The notes under the pieces: generated by a model | What the model saw: the letters and a program-made list of their open reading frames with translations, nothing else | Told to the model about the DNA's origin: nothing | Databases searched by the model: none | NCBI GenBank assembly: GCA_029262695.1 | Contig: JAJCYV010000004.1 | Coordinates: 2,807 to 66,806 of the forward strand | DNA: 64,000 bases | Direction: 5' to 3' | DNA from: Chloroflexota bacterium | GTDB taxonomy: Bacteria; Chloroflexota; Dehalococcoidia; SM23-28-2; RBG-16-64-32 | Translations under genes and position numbers: made by a program | In this document: positions 48,033 through 58,633 of the stretch, in pieces | Layout: each line of letters starts with the position of its first letter | Position numbering within the stretch: position 1 is the stretch's first letter

Positions 48033-49418
48033 ATGGAAGAGGGCAAGGGAGCGCAGAGCCCCACCGCCAAGGGCCTCGATCGCCGCGCGCTGGACTACAG
48101 CGCCTCGGTCGGTTACGACCGGCGCCTGTACGCGCACGACATCGCCGGGTCGGTTGCCCACGCCCGCATGCTCGGCGCGCAGGGCATCATCCCGGCTGAC
48201 GACGCGACGCAGATCGTGCGCGGCCTGGAGGAGATCCGTGACGAGATCGAGGCCGGGAAGTTCGAGTGGCGCGAAGACCTCGAGGACGTGCACCTGAACA
48301 TCGAAGTCGCCCTGCGCGAAAGAATCGGTGACGCCGGCGCTCGTCTGCACACGGCCCGCTCCCGCAACGACCAGGTCGCGACCGACGTCCGCCTGTTCGT
48401 GATGGATTCGTGCGACCGCGCCGTAGACGGCGTGCGCGATGTGCAGCGGGCGCTCATCGGCATGGCCGAGGCCAACGCCGGCGCCATCATGCCGGGCTAC
48501 ACGCACCTGCAGCGCGCCCAGCCCGTGCTCTTCGCCCACCACCTGCTCGCCTACTTCGAGATGCTGGACCGCGACGCCATTCGCTTCGCCGCCGCCCGGG
48601 ACAGCGCCGACGAACTGCCTCTCGGCTCGGGCGCCCTCGCCGGCGTGCCATACCCGGTCGACCGCGAGGCCGTCGCCCGCGAACTCGGCTTCAGCCGCGT
48701 CTCGCGCAACAGCATCGACGCGGTCAGCGACCGCGACTTCGCCGTCGACTTCCACGCCGCTTCCGCCACGACGATGATGCACCTCTCGCGTCTCAGCGAG
48801 GAGATCATCGTCTGGTCGAGCGACGAGTTCGGCTTCCTGCGCCTGCCGGACGACTTCGCGACAGGCTCCAGCATCATGCCGCAGAAGCGCAACCCGGACA
48901 TCGCCGAGCTGGCGCGCGGCCGCACCGGCCGCGTCTACGGCAACCTCGTGGCGCTGCTCACGATGCTCAAGGGCCTGCCGCTCGCCTATAACCGCGATCT
49001 ACAAGAAGACAAGCAGCCGCTCTTCGACACCGTCGACGTGCTCCTGCCGACGCTCGAAGTGATGGCGGCGATGCTGCCGCGCCTCTCACTGGACGCCGGG
49101 CGCGCCGCCAACGCTGCCGCCGGCGGCTACCTGCTAGCCACCGACGTCGCCGACTACCTCGTGCGCAAGGGCGTGGCCTTCCGCGACGCGCACCAGGCCG
49201 TCGCCGATCTGGTGCGCCACGCCGAGGATCAGAGCAAGCCGCTCGCCGAGCTGACGCTTGACGAGTACCGCCGCTTCTCGCCGCAGTTCCAGGAGGACGT
49301 GCTGAGCCTCGACGCCCGCGCGTCCATCGACGCGCGCGACGTGCCCGGCGGCACGGCCTCCGGCCGCGTGGCGGACGCCCTGAACGAAGCGAAGAAGCGC
49401 CTCGAGGGCCCGGCATGA
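48033..49418 (+). CDS. argH: Argininosuccinate lyase
   Basis: HTARSRNDQVATD, MPGYTHLQRAQP, TGSSIMPQKRNPD, YNRDLQEDK; TATAAT at 48017. Confidence 0.96.
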   Translation: MEEGKGAQSPTAKGLDRRALDYSASVGYDRRLYAHDIAGSVAHARMLGAQGIIPADDATQIVRGLEEIRDEIEAGKFEWREDLEDVHLNIEVALRERIGDAGARLHTARSRNDQVATDVRLFVMDSCDRAVDGVRDVQRALIGMAEANAGAIMPGYTHLQRAQPVLFAHHLLAYFEMLDRDAIRFAAARDSADELPLGSGALAGVPYPVDREAVARELGFSRVSRNSIDAVSDRDFAVDFHAASATTMMHLSRLSEEIIVWSSDEFGFLRLPDDFATGSSIMPQKRNPDIAELARGRTGRVYGNLVALLTMLKGLPLAYNRDLQEDKQPLFDTVDVLLPTLEVMAAMLPRLSLDAGRAANAAAGGYLLATDVADYLVRKGVAFRDAHQAVADLVRHAEDQSKPLAELTLDEYRRFSPQFQEDVLSLDARASIDARDVPGGTASGRVADALNEAKKRLEGPA

Positions 49419-50089
49419 GCGACGTCAAGATCGCGCCGTCCATCGTCTCGGCGGATCTCACTCGGCTGGCGGATGAGGTGCGCGAATGCGAGGCCGCTGG
49501 CGCGCAGATGATCCACATCGACATCATGGATGGCCGGTTCGTCCCCGCTATCACCATCGGCGCGCCCATCGTCGAGGCGATCCGTCGCACGACCGATATC
49601 ACGCTCGATATACACCTGATGGTCGTCGAGCCGGAGAAGCAGGTGGAGCGCTTCATCGAGGCCGGCGGCGACATCATCAACGTCCACTGGGAGGCCGCAA
49701 CGCACGTCCACCGCATCGTCCGCGATGTACAGCAGCAGGGCCGCCGCGCCGGCGTCTGCCTCAACCCCGGTACGTCCGAAGGCGTCCTCGACGCCCTGTT
49801 GCCGGACCTTGACCAGGTGATGGTGATGGCGGTGAACCCCGGCGCCTCGGGCCAGCCGTTCATCGCCTCCGTCCTGTCCAAGGTCGAGCGCCTGCGCAGG
49901 ACGATCGATGAGGGCGGCTACCGCGCGGAGATCGAGATCGACGGCGGTGTGAAAGTGGACAACGCGCCCCGCTGCGCTGCCGCCGGCGCCGACGTCCTCG
50001 TCGCCGCCAGCGCCGTTTTCAACGACCGCGCGCCGATCGGCGACAACATTCGCGCGCTTCAGGAATCAGTGGCGGCGTTACAGGCGTAG
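49415..50089 (+). CDS. rpe: Ribulose-phosphate 3-epimerase
   Basis: IAPSIVSAD, HIDIMDGRFVP, DIHLMV, MAVNPG, IEIDGG. Confidence 0.95.
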   Translation: MSDVKIAPSIVSADLTRLADEVRECEAAGAQMIHIDIMDGRFVPAITIGAPIVEAIRRTTDITLDIHLMVVEPEKQVERFIEAGGDIINVHWEAATHVHRIVRDVQQQGRRAGVCLNPGTSEGVLDALLPDLDQVMVMAVNPGASGQPFIASVLSKVERLRRTIDEGGYRAEIEIDGGVKVDNAPRCAAAGADVLVAASAVFNDRAPIGDNIRALQESVAALQA

Positions 50090-50118
50090 CTGCGGGATCG
50101 TCGGAGAAGGTGAGTCGC

Positions 50119-50328
50119 CTAGACGCGGTCTTTAGTCGTCGTGCGAATGCAGCGCGTGCAGATCTTGAGGCGGATGGGAACACCGCCGATGATGAACGTC
50201 TTTCTCTGGATGTTCGCCTTGAACTTGCGGTTCGTCCGCGGCGCCTTACGTTCCCAGCGCCCGGAGTGTTGGTGGCGTATATTGCGGCCGAAGCCTGTCT
50301 TCTTATCGCAAACCTGACACGTGGCCAT
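50119..50328 (-). CDS. rpmB: 50S ribosomal protein L28 (Zn-binding C+ form)
   Basis: CQVC...GRNIRH...RKFKANIQ...CTRCIRT. Confidence 0.92.
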   Translation of the reverse strand: MATCQVCDKKTGFGRNIRHQHSGRWERKAPRTNRKFKANIQRKTFIIGGVPIRLKICTRCIRTTTKDRV

Positions 50329-50454
50329 AGATACAAACCCTTTACGAGGAAAACGGGCGCTGCTAAAATTGCGCCCGCCATATGGTAGCATTCGCCGTTT
50401 TCCCAATCAACACGCGCACGCCGTGCACGAGCGGGCGAATCTGCTCGGCGTCAC

Positions 50455-52110
50455 ATGACTGATACCAACCTGGCTTCCCTCTCTGGTTCCGACATAACGG
50501 AGATGTTCCGTGCCGCCTCGCGCTGGCTTGATCTGAACAAGGAGCAGGTCAACGCGATCAACGTCTTCCCCGTACCGGACGGCGATACCGGCACGAATAT
50601 GCACCTGACGATGCGGAGCACGATGGAGGAGGCCGACCGCTGCCAGCAGCCGGAGGCAGGCGCCGTCCTCGGCGCGATGGCGCACGGCGCTCTGATGGGC
50701 GCGCGGGGCAACTCCGGCGTCATCCTCTCGCAGATCGTGCGCGGTCTGGCGCTGGCTGTTGCAGACGCGGCCGAGCTCGACCCGAAAGCGCTCGCGGCGG
50801 GCTTCCAGCAGGGATCGGACACGGCCTACAAGGCCGTCACGCAGCCGACAGAAGGCACAATCCTCACTGTGATCCGCGATGTGGCCTCCGCCGCCGATGA
50901 CAACACCAACGGCGACATTGGGGCGCTCATGACCGCCGCCGTCGATGCCGCACGTGAGAGCGTCGCGCGCACGCCGGACCTGCTGCCGGTCCTCGCCGAG
51001 GCCGGCGTCGTTGACGCCGGCGGCCAGGGCCTCTTCGTGCTCCTGGAGGGCATGCTGCGGCACCTGCGCGGAGAGACCGTTGAGGCCGGGGAAGCGGCGG
51101 CGACCGACGGCAGCCCCGAGAAGGAGTTCCTGGCCGTCGTTGAGCAGCACCACCAGGCCGAGGAGTCGCCGTACGGATATTGCACCGAGGTGCTGATCGA
51201 GGGTGACGCTCTGCCGGTCGACGAACTTCGGGAGCGCGTGCTCGCCATGGGCGACTCCGTACTCGTCGTCGGCGACGAGAGTCTCGTCCGTGTCCACGTT
51301 CACACCGACGACCCGGGTACGCTTCTGATGATGGGAACGGGCGCCGGCAGCCTCGTGCAGGTGAAGGTCGACAACATACGCCACCAGGCCGAGCGCTTCG
51401 TTGAGCTGCACCAGGAGCCGGACGAGGCCGCAGCGACCGCGCAGCCGCCTGCGTCGATGATCTCGTCCGTCGCCGTCGCCTCGGGTGAGGGCCTGGCCGA
51501 TGTCTTTCGCGACGTCGGCTGCTCGCGCGTCGTCTCCGGAGGGCCGACGATGAACCCAAGCACGCGCGACATCCTGGACGCGATCGAGTCCTGCCCCACG
51601 GACGACGTGGTAGTTCTGCCGAACGACAAGAACATCGTCATGGCCGCCAGGCAGGCAGCCGAGGCGACGCAGAAGCATGCCGTCGTCGTGCCTTCGCGGT
51701 CGGTCCCGCAGGGCCTGTCTGCGCTTCTCGCTGTGAACCCGGAGGAGGGCCTCGACGAAAACGCCCGCGCCATGGAGGATGCTCTCACGGCCGTCCGCAC
51801 GATCGAAATCACCACCGCAGTTCGTTCGACGGAGATCGGCGGCGTGGCGGTGAAGGAAGGCCAGACGATCGCCGTCGTCGACGACGAACTGAAGGTGGCG
51901 ACCGATTCGCCCGAGGATGCGCTGGACACCGCGCTTGACGACCTGACCGGCGGATCGACGAGCCTGATCACGCTCTACTACGGCGCCGGCGCGACGGACG
52001 AGCAGGCGCAGGCGACGGCCGGCCATCTGCGCGAGCGCTACGCTGGCCACGAGGTCGAGGTCGTCGCCGGCGGCCAGCCGCACTACGTTTACATAGTCTC
52101 GCTCGAATAG
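50455..52110 (+). CDS. DAK2-domain fatty acid kinase subunit A (YloV/FakA)
   Basis: NVFPVPDGDTGTNM, GARGNSGVILSQ, VDAGG, YGYCTE, GGQPHY. Confidence 0.92.
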   Translation: MTDTNLASLSGSDITEMFRAASRWLDLNKEQVNAINVFPVPDGDTGTNMHLTMRSTMEEADRCQQPEAGAVLGAMAHGALMGARGNSGVILSQIVRGLALAVADAAELDPKALAAGFQQGSDTAYKAVTQPTEGTILTVIRDVASAADDNTNGDIGALMTAAVDAARESVARTPDLLPVLAEAGVVDAGGQGLFVLLEGMLRHLRGETVEAGEAAATDGSPEKEFLAVVEQHHQAEESPYGYCTEVLIEGDALPVDELRERVLAMGDSVLVVGDESLVRVHVHTDDPGTLLMMGTGAGSLVQVKVDNIRHQAERFVELHQEPDEAAATAQPPASMISSVAVASGEGLADVFRDVGCSRVVSGGPTMNPSTRDILDAIESCPTDDVVVLPNDKNIVMAARQAAEATQKHAVVVPSRSVPQGLSALLAVNPEEGLDENARAMEDALTAVRTIEITTAVRSTEIGGVAVKEGQTIAVVDDELKVATDSPEDALDTALDDLTGGSTSLITLYYGAGATDEQAQATAGHLRERYAGHEVEVVAGGQPHYVYIVSLE

Positions 52111-52165
52111 CTGCCGGGCGCTCCCAACACATCTTCCGCGCACTGCTATACTGTGCCGTCAGGAG

Positions 52166-53017
52166 GTGCCTCACTTGTCAATTCGCATCGTCACCGATAG
52201 CGTCTCGGACATGCCCCCCGAGATGGCGCAAGAACTCAAGATTCCGGTTGTTCCCCTGAGCGTCGTCTTCGGCGAGGAGTCGCTCAAAGAGGGAATCGAC
52301 ATCAGCCCCGACGTCTTCTACGAGAGGTTGGCTCGCGTCAAGGACCTACCGACGACGTCCTCGCCATCGGTCGGCGACTTCTTGGACACGTACCGCGATG
52401 TCCTGAAGGAGACCGACGAGATCGTCTCCCTCCACGTCTCGTCCAAGCTCTCTGCCACCTACAGTAACGCCACGCAGGCCGCCGCCATCCTGGCCGACGA
52501 GGGCGCACGAATCGAAGTCGTCGACTCGCGGACTATCTCGCTGGGCATGATGTTCCTATGCGAGGCCTCCGTGAAGGCCGCTTCCGCGGGCGCCAGCGTC
52601 GAAGAGATCCGCGAGATCATCGACGCCATGATCCCGCGCATCTCCGTGTACATCGCCCTCGACACGCTGGAATACGTGCGCCGTGGCGGCCGCATCGGCC
52701 GGGCGCGCGCTTTCCTCGGCACCATGCTTCGCGTCAAGCCGATCCTCTCGTTCGACGAAGGTGAGGTGCGCCCCGAAGAGCGCGTGCGCACCCGCTCCCT
52801 CGCCCTCGACCGCCTCTTCCAGCTTGTGACCTCGGCTCCCAACCTTGAGAAGGTCGGCGTCGGCTACTCGACGAACGCTGAGGAGGCGGAGGAGCTGAGG
52901 CGGCGCATAACGGACGCGCTGGGGGGCCAAAAAGTGCAGATGACGCGGATCGGGGCCGTCGCCGGCGTTCACGGAGGGCCGGGCGTCCTCGGGGTCGGCT
53001 TTCTGCGGGGGGAGTAA
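52166..53017 (+). CDS. DegV/FakB fatty-acid-binding protein
   Basis: IVTDS, PTTSSPS, SSKLSATY, RGGRIG, VHGGPG. Confidence 0.92.
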   Translation: MPHLSIRIVTDSVSDMPPEMAQELKIPVVPLSVVFGEESLKEGIDISPDVFYERLARVKDLPTTSSPSVGDFLDTYRDVLKETDEIVSLHVSSKLSATYSNATQAAAILADEGARIEVVDSRTISLGMMFLCEASVKAASAGASVEEIREIIDAMIPRISVYIALDTLEYVRRGGRIGRARAFLGTMLRVKPILSFDEGEVRPEERVRTRSLALDRLFQLVTSAPNLEKVGVGYSTNAEEAEELRRRITDALGGQKVQMTRIGAVAGVHGGPGVLGVGFLRGE

Positions 53018-53023
53018 CCGGAG

Positions 53024-55531
53024 TTGGCGGGGTCCTACGATGGGCTTCGCAGAGTGCTGGCGCTGGAGCGAGACAAGAAGTTCGGCGACGGCGCAGTAGT
53101 CGGCGGGCTCGACGAATACCTCCTGCGCTTCACCAGCGAGGCGAAGATCGACACCTCGCACCCGATTTCTCGCATCCTGCAGCAGCTCCCGCCCGGCGGC
53201 TACCGTGCCCTCCACCCGATCCAGCGGCAGCGCGTCGTCGACGAACTGCTGCGCTCGGCTGATGAAGGCGCGCAACGCGAAGCGGCAAAGGGGACGCCCG
53301 TAAGGCCGCCGCTTCCGCCGCCCGTGCCCGGGCCGGTCGCGCGCAAGCCCACCGCGCGCCCGAAGGCTGCAGTGAAGCCTGAAGCGAGGCCGGGCCCGGA
53401 CCTGACCCTCGATTCGCCGGTGTCCGTCCTGGCGAAGCGTCCGGACGTGACGCGTCTGCACAAGAAGGGCCTGGAGACGGTCCGCGACCTCCTCTATCAC
53501 TTCCCGAACCGCTACCATGATTACTCCGAGGTGCGCCCCATCGCCAGCCTAGCGTTTGGCGAGGAACAGACGGTGATCGCCGAGGTCTGGTCGGCCAAGG
53601 CGGTGATGATCGGCCGCAAACGGCGCGGCGCCGAAGCGATCGTCGGCGACGACTCGGGCACAATCCGCATCCTCTGGTTCGGCCAGCCGTGGGTTGCCAG
53701 GCAGCTCAAGACCGGGAAGAAAGTAGCGCTCAGCGGCAAGATCGGCTCGTTCAAGGGCCGAATGCAGATGGAGAACCCGGAGATCGAATCGCTTGACGAC
53801 GAGGCGATCTTCACGCGGCGCTTCGTGCCCGTCTACCGCAGCACCGAAGGCCTGTACATGAAGACGCTGCGCGATCTCGTGCGCCTCGCCGTCGATTCGT
53901 GCGCCGCCGATGTCCCGGAGACCCTCCCGGACGACGTGCGCGAGCGGAACGGCCTTATGGACGTCGGCCAGGCGTTCCGGCAGATACATGCACCGGAATC
54001 GCTCGAAGAGGCGGACGCCGCCAGGCACCGCTTCGCCTTCGAGGAACTGCTCTGGATCGAGATCGGTGTCGTCCGCCGCCGCCGCGAGTGGCAGATTGCG
54101 GGCGGCGCGCCTGTCCTCTCGCTCGAAGCTGCCGCACTCAACGCCTTCATAGACTCGCTGCCGTTCGCGCTCACGAAGGCACAGCGCAGGGCGATCGGCG
54201 ACGTGCTGGCGGATACGTCCGATGCCATACCGATGACTCGCCTGCTGGAGGGAGACGTCGGTAGCGGTAAAACGGTCGTCGCCGCGGCCGCCCTGCTCGC
54301 CGCAGTCGCCGCCGGCAAGCAGGGCGCGATCATGGCCCCGACCGAGATCCTGGCTGAGCAGCACATGCGGACGTTCATAAGCATCCTCGACCCGGACCGC
54401 GCCGCCCCGGAAGCGGACGGCCCGTGGTTCCGGGAATCCGGCGACGGCTTCCTCGTGCTGCGGCCGCCGTACCTGGAGCGGCCGCTGCGCGTCGCGCTGC
54501 TCACGGGCAGTCTCAAGGCGTCAGACAAGGCAGCCGTGCAGGAGGCGATCGCCCGCGGGGAGGTGGATATCGCCGTCGGCACGCACGCGCTCCTGCAGGA
54601 GTCCGTTGAGTTCGCAGACCTCGGTCTTGCCGTAATCGATGAGCAGCATCGCTTCGGTGTCGAGCAGCGCGCCGCCTTGCGGGAGAAGGGGGGCAGTCCT
54701 CACGTGCTCGTGATGACGGCGACGCCGATCCCGCGGACGCTGGCGCTCACCGTCTACGGTGATCTCGACATAACCGTGCTCAACGAGATGCCGCCCGGGC
54801 GCCCGCCGGTGAAGACGTACTTCGTGCCACCGCGGCGCCGCGAGGAGGCCACGCGCTTCCTCCAGAAGAAGGTCGAGGAGGGGCGCCAGGCTTACGTCAT
54901 CTGCCCGCTCGTCGAGGAGTCGGAGGCGATCGAGGCGAAGGCGGCCGTGCAAGAGTACGAGCGCCTGTCGCGGGACGAGTTCCCGGAGCTGCGGCTGGGC
55001 CTGCTGCACGGCCGCATGTCCGGCGGCGAGAAAGACGCCACGATGCGCGCCTTCCGCGACCACGACCTCGACGTCCTCGTCTCGACGTCGGTCGTCGAAG
55101 TCGGCGTCGACGTCCCGAACTCGACGGTGATCCTGATCGAGGGCGCGGACCGCTTCGGACTCTCCCAGCTGCACCAGTTCCGCGGCCGCGTGCGCCGCAG
55201 CGAGGAGCAGGCCTACTGCTTCCTCCTTTCAGACACGCAGTCCGAAGAGGCGATGGAGCGCCTGCAGATCATGGAGACGACGGACAGCGGCTTCGACCTG
55301 GCGGAGCACGACCTGCGCCTGCGGGGGCCGGGCGAATACTTTGGCAAGCGCCAGTCCGGCATGCCAGACCTGCGCGTCGCCCGCCTCACAGACGTTGAGC
55401 TGATCGAGGAGGCGCGGCGCGAGGCAACACGCATCCTCGACGAGGACCCGGAGCTGGAAGACACCTCTCACGCCGCGCTGCGCGAGAACGTGAGCAGGCT
55501 CTGGGACCGGCTGACGTCGGACGTGTCGTAG
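53024..55531 (+). CDS. recG: ATP-dependent DNA helicase RecG
   Basis: GDVGSGKT, APTEILAEQH, DEQHRFGV, MTATPIPRTL, DLRLRGPG. Confidence 0.95.
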   Translation: MAGSYDGLRRVLALERDKKFGDGAVVGGLDEYLLRFTSEAKIDTSHPISRILQQLPPGGYRALHPIQRQRVVDELLRSADEGAQREAAKGTPVRPPLPPPVPGPVARKPTARPKAAVKPEARPGPDLTLDSPVSVLAKRPDVTRLHKKGLETVRDLLYHFPNRYHDYSEVRPIASLAFGEEQTVIAEVWSAKAVMIGRKRRGAEAIVGDDSGTIRILWFGQPWVARQLKTGKKVALSGKIGSFKGRMQMENPEIESLDDEAIFTRRFVPVYRSTEGLYMKTLRDLVRLAVDSCAADVPETLPDDVRERNGLMDVGQAFRQIHAPESLEEADAARHRFAFEELLWIEIGVVRRRREWQIAGGAPVLSLEAAALNAFIDSLPFALTKAQRRAIGDVLADTSDAIPMTRLLEGDVGSGKTVVAAAALLAAVAAGKQGAIMAPTEILAEQHMRTFISILDPDRAAPEADGPWFRESGDGFLVLRPPYLERPLRVALLTGSLKASDKAAVQEAIARGEVDIAVGTHALLQESVEFADLGLAVIDEQHRFGVEQRAALREKGGSPHVLVMTATPIPRTLALTVYGDLDITVLNEMPPGRPPVKTYFVPPRRREEATRFLQKKVEEGRQAYVICPLVEESEAIEAKAAVQEYERLSRDEFPELRLGLLHGRMSGGEKDATMRAFRDHDLDVLVSTSVVEVGVDVPNSTVILIEGADRFGLSQLHQFRGRVRRSEEQAYCFLLSDTQSEEAMERLQIMETTDSGFDLAEHDLRLRGPGEYFGKRQSGMPDLRVARLTDVELIEEARREATRILDEDPELEDTSHAALRENVSRLWDRLTSDVS

Positions 55532-55604
55532 CGCTCGCGCCGCGCCTGGGCTAGAATTCTCACGTGAAGCGTCCGCCTCAGGCGGACGTTCGCGTTTTGA
55601 AGCC

Positions 55605-57272
55605 ATGATCAAAAACGAGATCGGGCAGCTGGTACAGGCCGCCGTACGCAAGGCTCAGGAGGCCGGCGACCTGCCCGCCGCCGCCATCCCCGACGCCCCC
55701 ATCGAGAGGCCGCAGCGGCCAGAGCACGGCGACTACGGCACGGGCCTCGCCATGCGTATGGCCCGCGCCGCCCAGATGAACCCGCTCGAAATCGCGAAGA
55801 TCGTCGCCAGGCACATCGAGGGCGACTCCCAGAACGGCGTCTTCGCCGCGATTGAGGTGGCGCCGCCGGGCTTCATTAACTTCCGCCTTTCCAGGGACTG
55901 GCTCGCCGCGCAGGTGGATGCGATCCTCGCCACCGGCCCGGAATTTGGCAACATCTCACTCGGCGCGGGCAAGAAGGTACAGGTCGAGTTCGTCTCCGCC
56001 AATCCCGTCGGGCCGATCCACGTCGGAAACGGCCGCGGGCTCGCCCTGGGCGACACCCTCGCGCGAGCGCTTGCCGCGGCTGGCTTCGAGGTCGAGCGGG
56101 AGTACTTCGTAAACGACGCCGGCACCCAGACCGACATCTTCGCCGAGACGCTCTACGTCCGCTATCAGCAGCTCTTCGGCCGCGAGGTGGAGATACCAGA
56201 GGGCGGCTACCCCGGCGAGTACATGCTCGACCTGGCGAACGCGCTCAAGGACGAGCTTGGCGACTCGCTCCTGCGGCCGGAAGGCGAGCCGAAGCCGCCC
56301 GAAGTACACGATCGCGGCGTCGCCCTGATGCTGGAGAACATCCGCCAGGACCTGGACGCGATCGGCGTGCAGTACGACAACTGGTTCTCGGAGCGCTCAG
56401 TCTACGACGACGGCACGTACAAGAAGACGATGGACCTGCTGCGCGAACACGGCTTCGTCTCGGAGCGAGAAGGCGCCGTGTGGTTCGTCTCCTCATCGCT
56501 CGGCGAGGAGAAGGACAACGTCCTCGTACGCTCAACCGGGGCGCCGACGTATTTCGCCTCCGACATCGCCTACCACTACGACAAGTTCGTGACGCGCGCC
56601 TTCGACCGCGTGATCAACATCTGGGGCGCCGACCACCAGGGCCACGTCCCGCGCATGAAGGCCGCTGTCACGGCGCTCGGCGTCGACCCTGACCGGCTGG
56701 AGATCATCATCTACCAGCTCGTCACATTGAAGCGCGGCGAAGAGGTGGTCCGCCTTTCCAAGCGCGCCGGTGACATCGTCACGCTGCGCTCCGTCGTCGA
56801 CGAAGTCGGCGCCGACGCCGCGCGCTACAACTTCGTGACGCGCGCCGCCGACTCGCACATGGAGTTCGACATCGAGCTGGCGAAGCGCCAGAGCGCGGAG
56901 AACCCGGTGTACTACGTCCAGTACGCCCACGCCCGCATCGCCGGCATCCTCGCGCAGGCCGCCGAGCGCGGACTCGACTTCGAGGGCGGCGACGTCGGCC
57001 TGCTCAAGGAGGACGCCGAGCTGGACCTCGTGCGCAAAATGCTACGCCTGCCTGAGCTGATCGAGCAGATCGCGCTCAGCAACGAGCCGCACCAGCTCCC
57101 GTACTACGCGACGGAGATGGCGACCGCCTTCCACGACTTCTACGAGAAGTGCCGCGTCCTCAGCGACGATGAAGCGCTGTCGCGGGCCCGCCTGAAGCTC
57201 GTCTCCGCCGCCAAGACCGTCCTCGCCCGCAGCCTGAGCCTCATGGGCATGAGCGCTCCAGAGCGCATGTAG
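55605..57272 (+). CDS. argS: Arginyl-tRNA synthetase
   Basis: EFVSANPVGPIHVGN, GADHQG, LSKRAG, NPVYYVQYAHARI, APERM. Confidence 0.96.
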   Translation: MIKNEIGQLVQAAVRKAQEAGDLPAAAIPDAPIERPQRPEHGDYGTGLAMRMARAAQMNPLEIAKIVARHIEGDSQNGVFAAIEVAPPGFINFRLSRDWLAAQVDAILATGPEFGNISLGAGKKVQVEFVSANPVGPIHVGNGRGLALGDTLARALAAAGFEVEREYFVNDAGTQTDIFAETLYVRYQQLFGREVEIPEGGYPGEYMLDLANALKDELGDSLLRPEGEPKPPEVHDRGVALMLENIRQDLDAIGVQYDNWFSERSVYDDGTYKKTMDLLREHGFVSEREGAVWFVSSSLGEEKDNVLVRSTGAPTYFASDIAYHYDKFVTRAFDRVINIWGADHQGHVPRMKAAVTALGVDPDRLEIIIYQLVTLKRGEEVVRLSKRAGDIVTLRSVVDEVGADAARYNFVTRAADSHMEFDIELAKRQSAENPVYYVQYAHARIAGILAQAAERGLDFEGGDVGLLKEDAELDLVRKMLRLPELIEQIALSNEPHQLPYYATEMATAFHDFYEKCRVLSDDEALSRARLKLVSAAKTVLARSLSLMGMSAPERM

Positions 57273-57273
57273 C

Positions 57274-58086
57274 GTGGCTGACCTGCCCGTCGCGAAGTCG
57301 GGTGCCTCAGCACTGGACGTCGCCCGTCAGGCGGCCCGTGCGGCGGCTGACATCATGCTCGCGGCCTACAAACTCCCGGTCGAGAAGAAGACGAAGAGCC
57401 GCGGCAACTTCCTCACGAAGACCGATCTCGAATGTGAGAAGGCAGCGCTCGCGATCCTGGCTGCGGAATACCCGGACGTGCCGGTCCTCGCCGAGGAGAC
57501 GTCGGCGTCGGTGGGCGACTGGCGGAGCGGCCTCCTCTGGGTGGTCGACCCGATCGACGGCACGGCCAACTTCGCGCGCGGCATCCCGACGTTCGCGTTC
57601 AACATCGCCCTCTGCCTCGACGGCGAGCCGCTGCTCGGCCTGACCCTGCAGCCGGTGACCGGCGACGAGTTCGTCGGCGTGCTCGGCGACGGCCTGTCGG
57701 TGAACGGCGAGCCAACGCCGGTCTCGCGGGCGGAGACGATGGCTGAATGCCTGACGGGCTTCGGGCTCGGTTACCAGTACGACCGCTCGAAGCTAATCCT
57801 CGGCCTGCTCGCCGACATCTGGCCGGGTCTGCAGATGATGCAGAACGTTGGCAGCGCGGCGATCGCGCTGGCCTACACCGCCAGCGGCCGCTTCGACCTT
57901 TACGTGCACAGCTTCCTCGGGCCGTGGGACGTCGCCGCCGGCCTCGCCCAGGTGCGCGCCGCCGGCGGCCTCGCGCTCGACCGCGCGGGCGGTCACGCGA
58001 CGATCTTCAGCGAGGGCCTCGTTGCGGGCGCTCCCGGCCCCGTGCGCGAGTTCGTTGCCGCGACGAAAGACCGGCCCTGGCGCTGA
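57274..58086 (+). CDS. Inositol monophosphatase family protein
   Basis: AEE, WVVDPIDGTANF, GSAA, WDVAAG. Confidence 0.9.
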   Translation: MADLPVAKSGASALDVARQAARAAADIMLAAYKLPVEKKTKSRGNFLTKTDLECEKAALAILAAEYPDVPVLAEETSASVGDWRSGLLWVVDPIDGTANFARGIPTFAFNIALCLDGEPLLGLTLQPVTGDEFVGVLGDGLSVNGEPTPVSRAETMAECLTGFGLGYQYDRSKLILGLLADIWPGLQMMQNVGSAAIALAYTASGRFDLYVHSFLGPWDVAAGLAQVRAAGGLALDRAGGHATIFSEGLVAGAPGPVREFVAATKDRPWR

Positions 58087-58096
58087 CCGGTCTCGG

Positions 58097-58633
58097 CTAA
58101 GCGTCCCAGGCGCGCATCACGCGGTAGAGGGGCACTGGCTCCGGGATGCCCTTCATGATCGTCGGGCCGATCTCCTCGAACGTCACGCCGTCCAGAGGCG
58201 CCTCGATGCGCGAAGTGCACGCCTCGGAGACGAGCACTTCACCCGGTGCGGCGAGGTCGACGATGCGCGCCGCCACGTTCACGTCGTGACCGATGAAGTC
58301 GTTGCCGCGCAGGACGGGACTCCCGAAGTGGATGCCGATCCGCACCCAGAGCGGCTCGTCGTCCTCGCCCGAGGCCTCCTCGAACCGCTCCTGTAGCGCC
58401 ACGCTCACTTGCACTGCGGCCAGTGGTTCGTCGAACCAGAGCATCAGCCCGTCGCCCAGGTTCTTCACGATGCGCCCGCTGTCGCCCATCTGCTCGCGGA
58501 CGAGGCTTTCCTGCAGGTCGAGCAGCGAAAGGGCGGCGGCGTCGCCGCGCAGCGCCGTGAACTCGGTGAACCCGCTCAGGTCAGTGAACACGATCGTGCC
58601 CTCACGGGTCTCGATCGCCGTCGCCGGGGTCAT
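58097..58633 (-). CDS. Stand-alone class III adenylate/guanylate cyclase domain
   Basis: FTDLSGFT, VKNLGDGLM, RIGIH, DFIGHDVNVAAR, KG. Confidence 0.88.
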   Translation of the reverse strand: MTPATAIETREGTIVFTDLSGFTEFTALRGDAAALSLLDLQESLVREQMGDSGRIVKNLGDGLMLWFDEPLAAVQVSVALQERFEEASGEDDEPLWVRIGIHFGSPVLRGNDFIGHDVNVAARIVDLAAPGEVLVSEACTSRIEAPLDGVTFEEIGPTIMKGIPEPVPLYRVMRAWDA

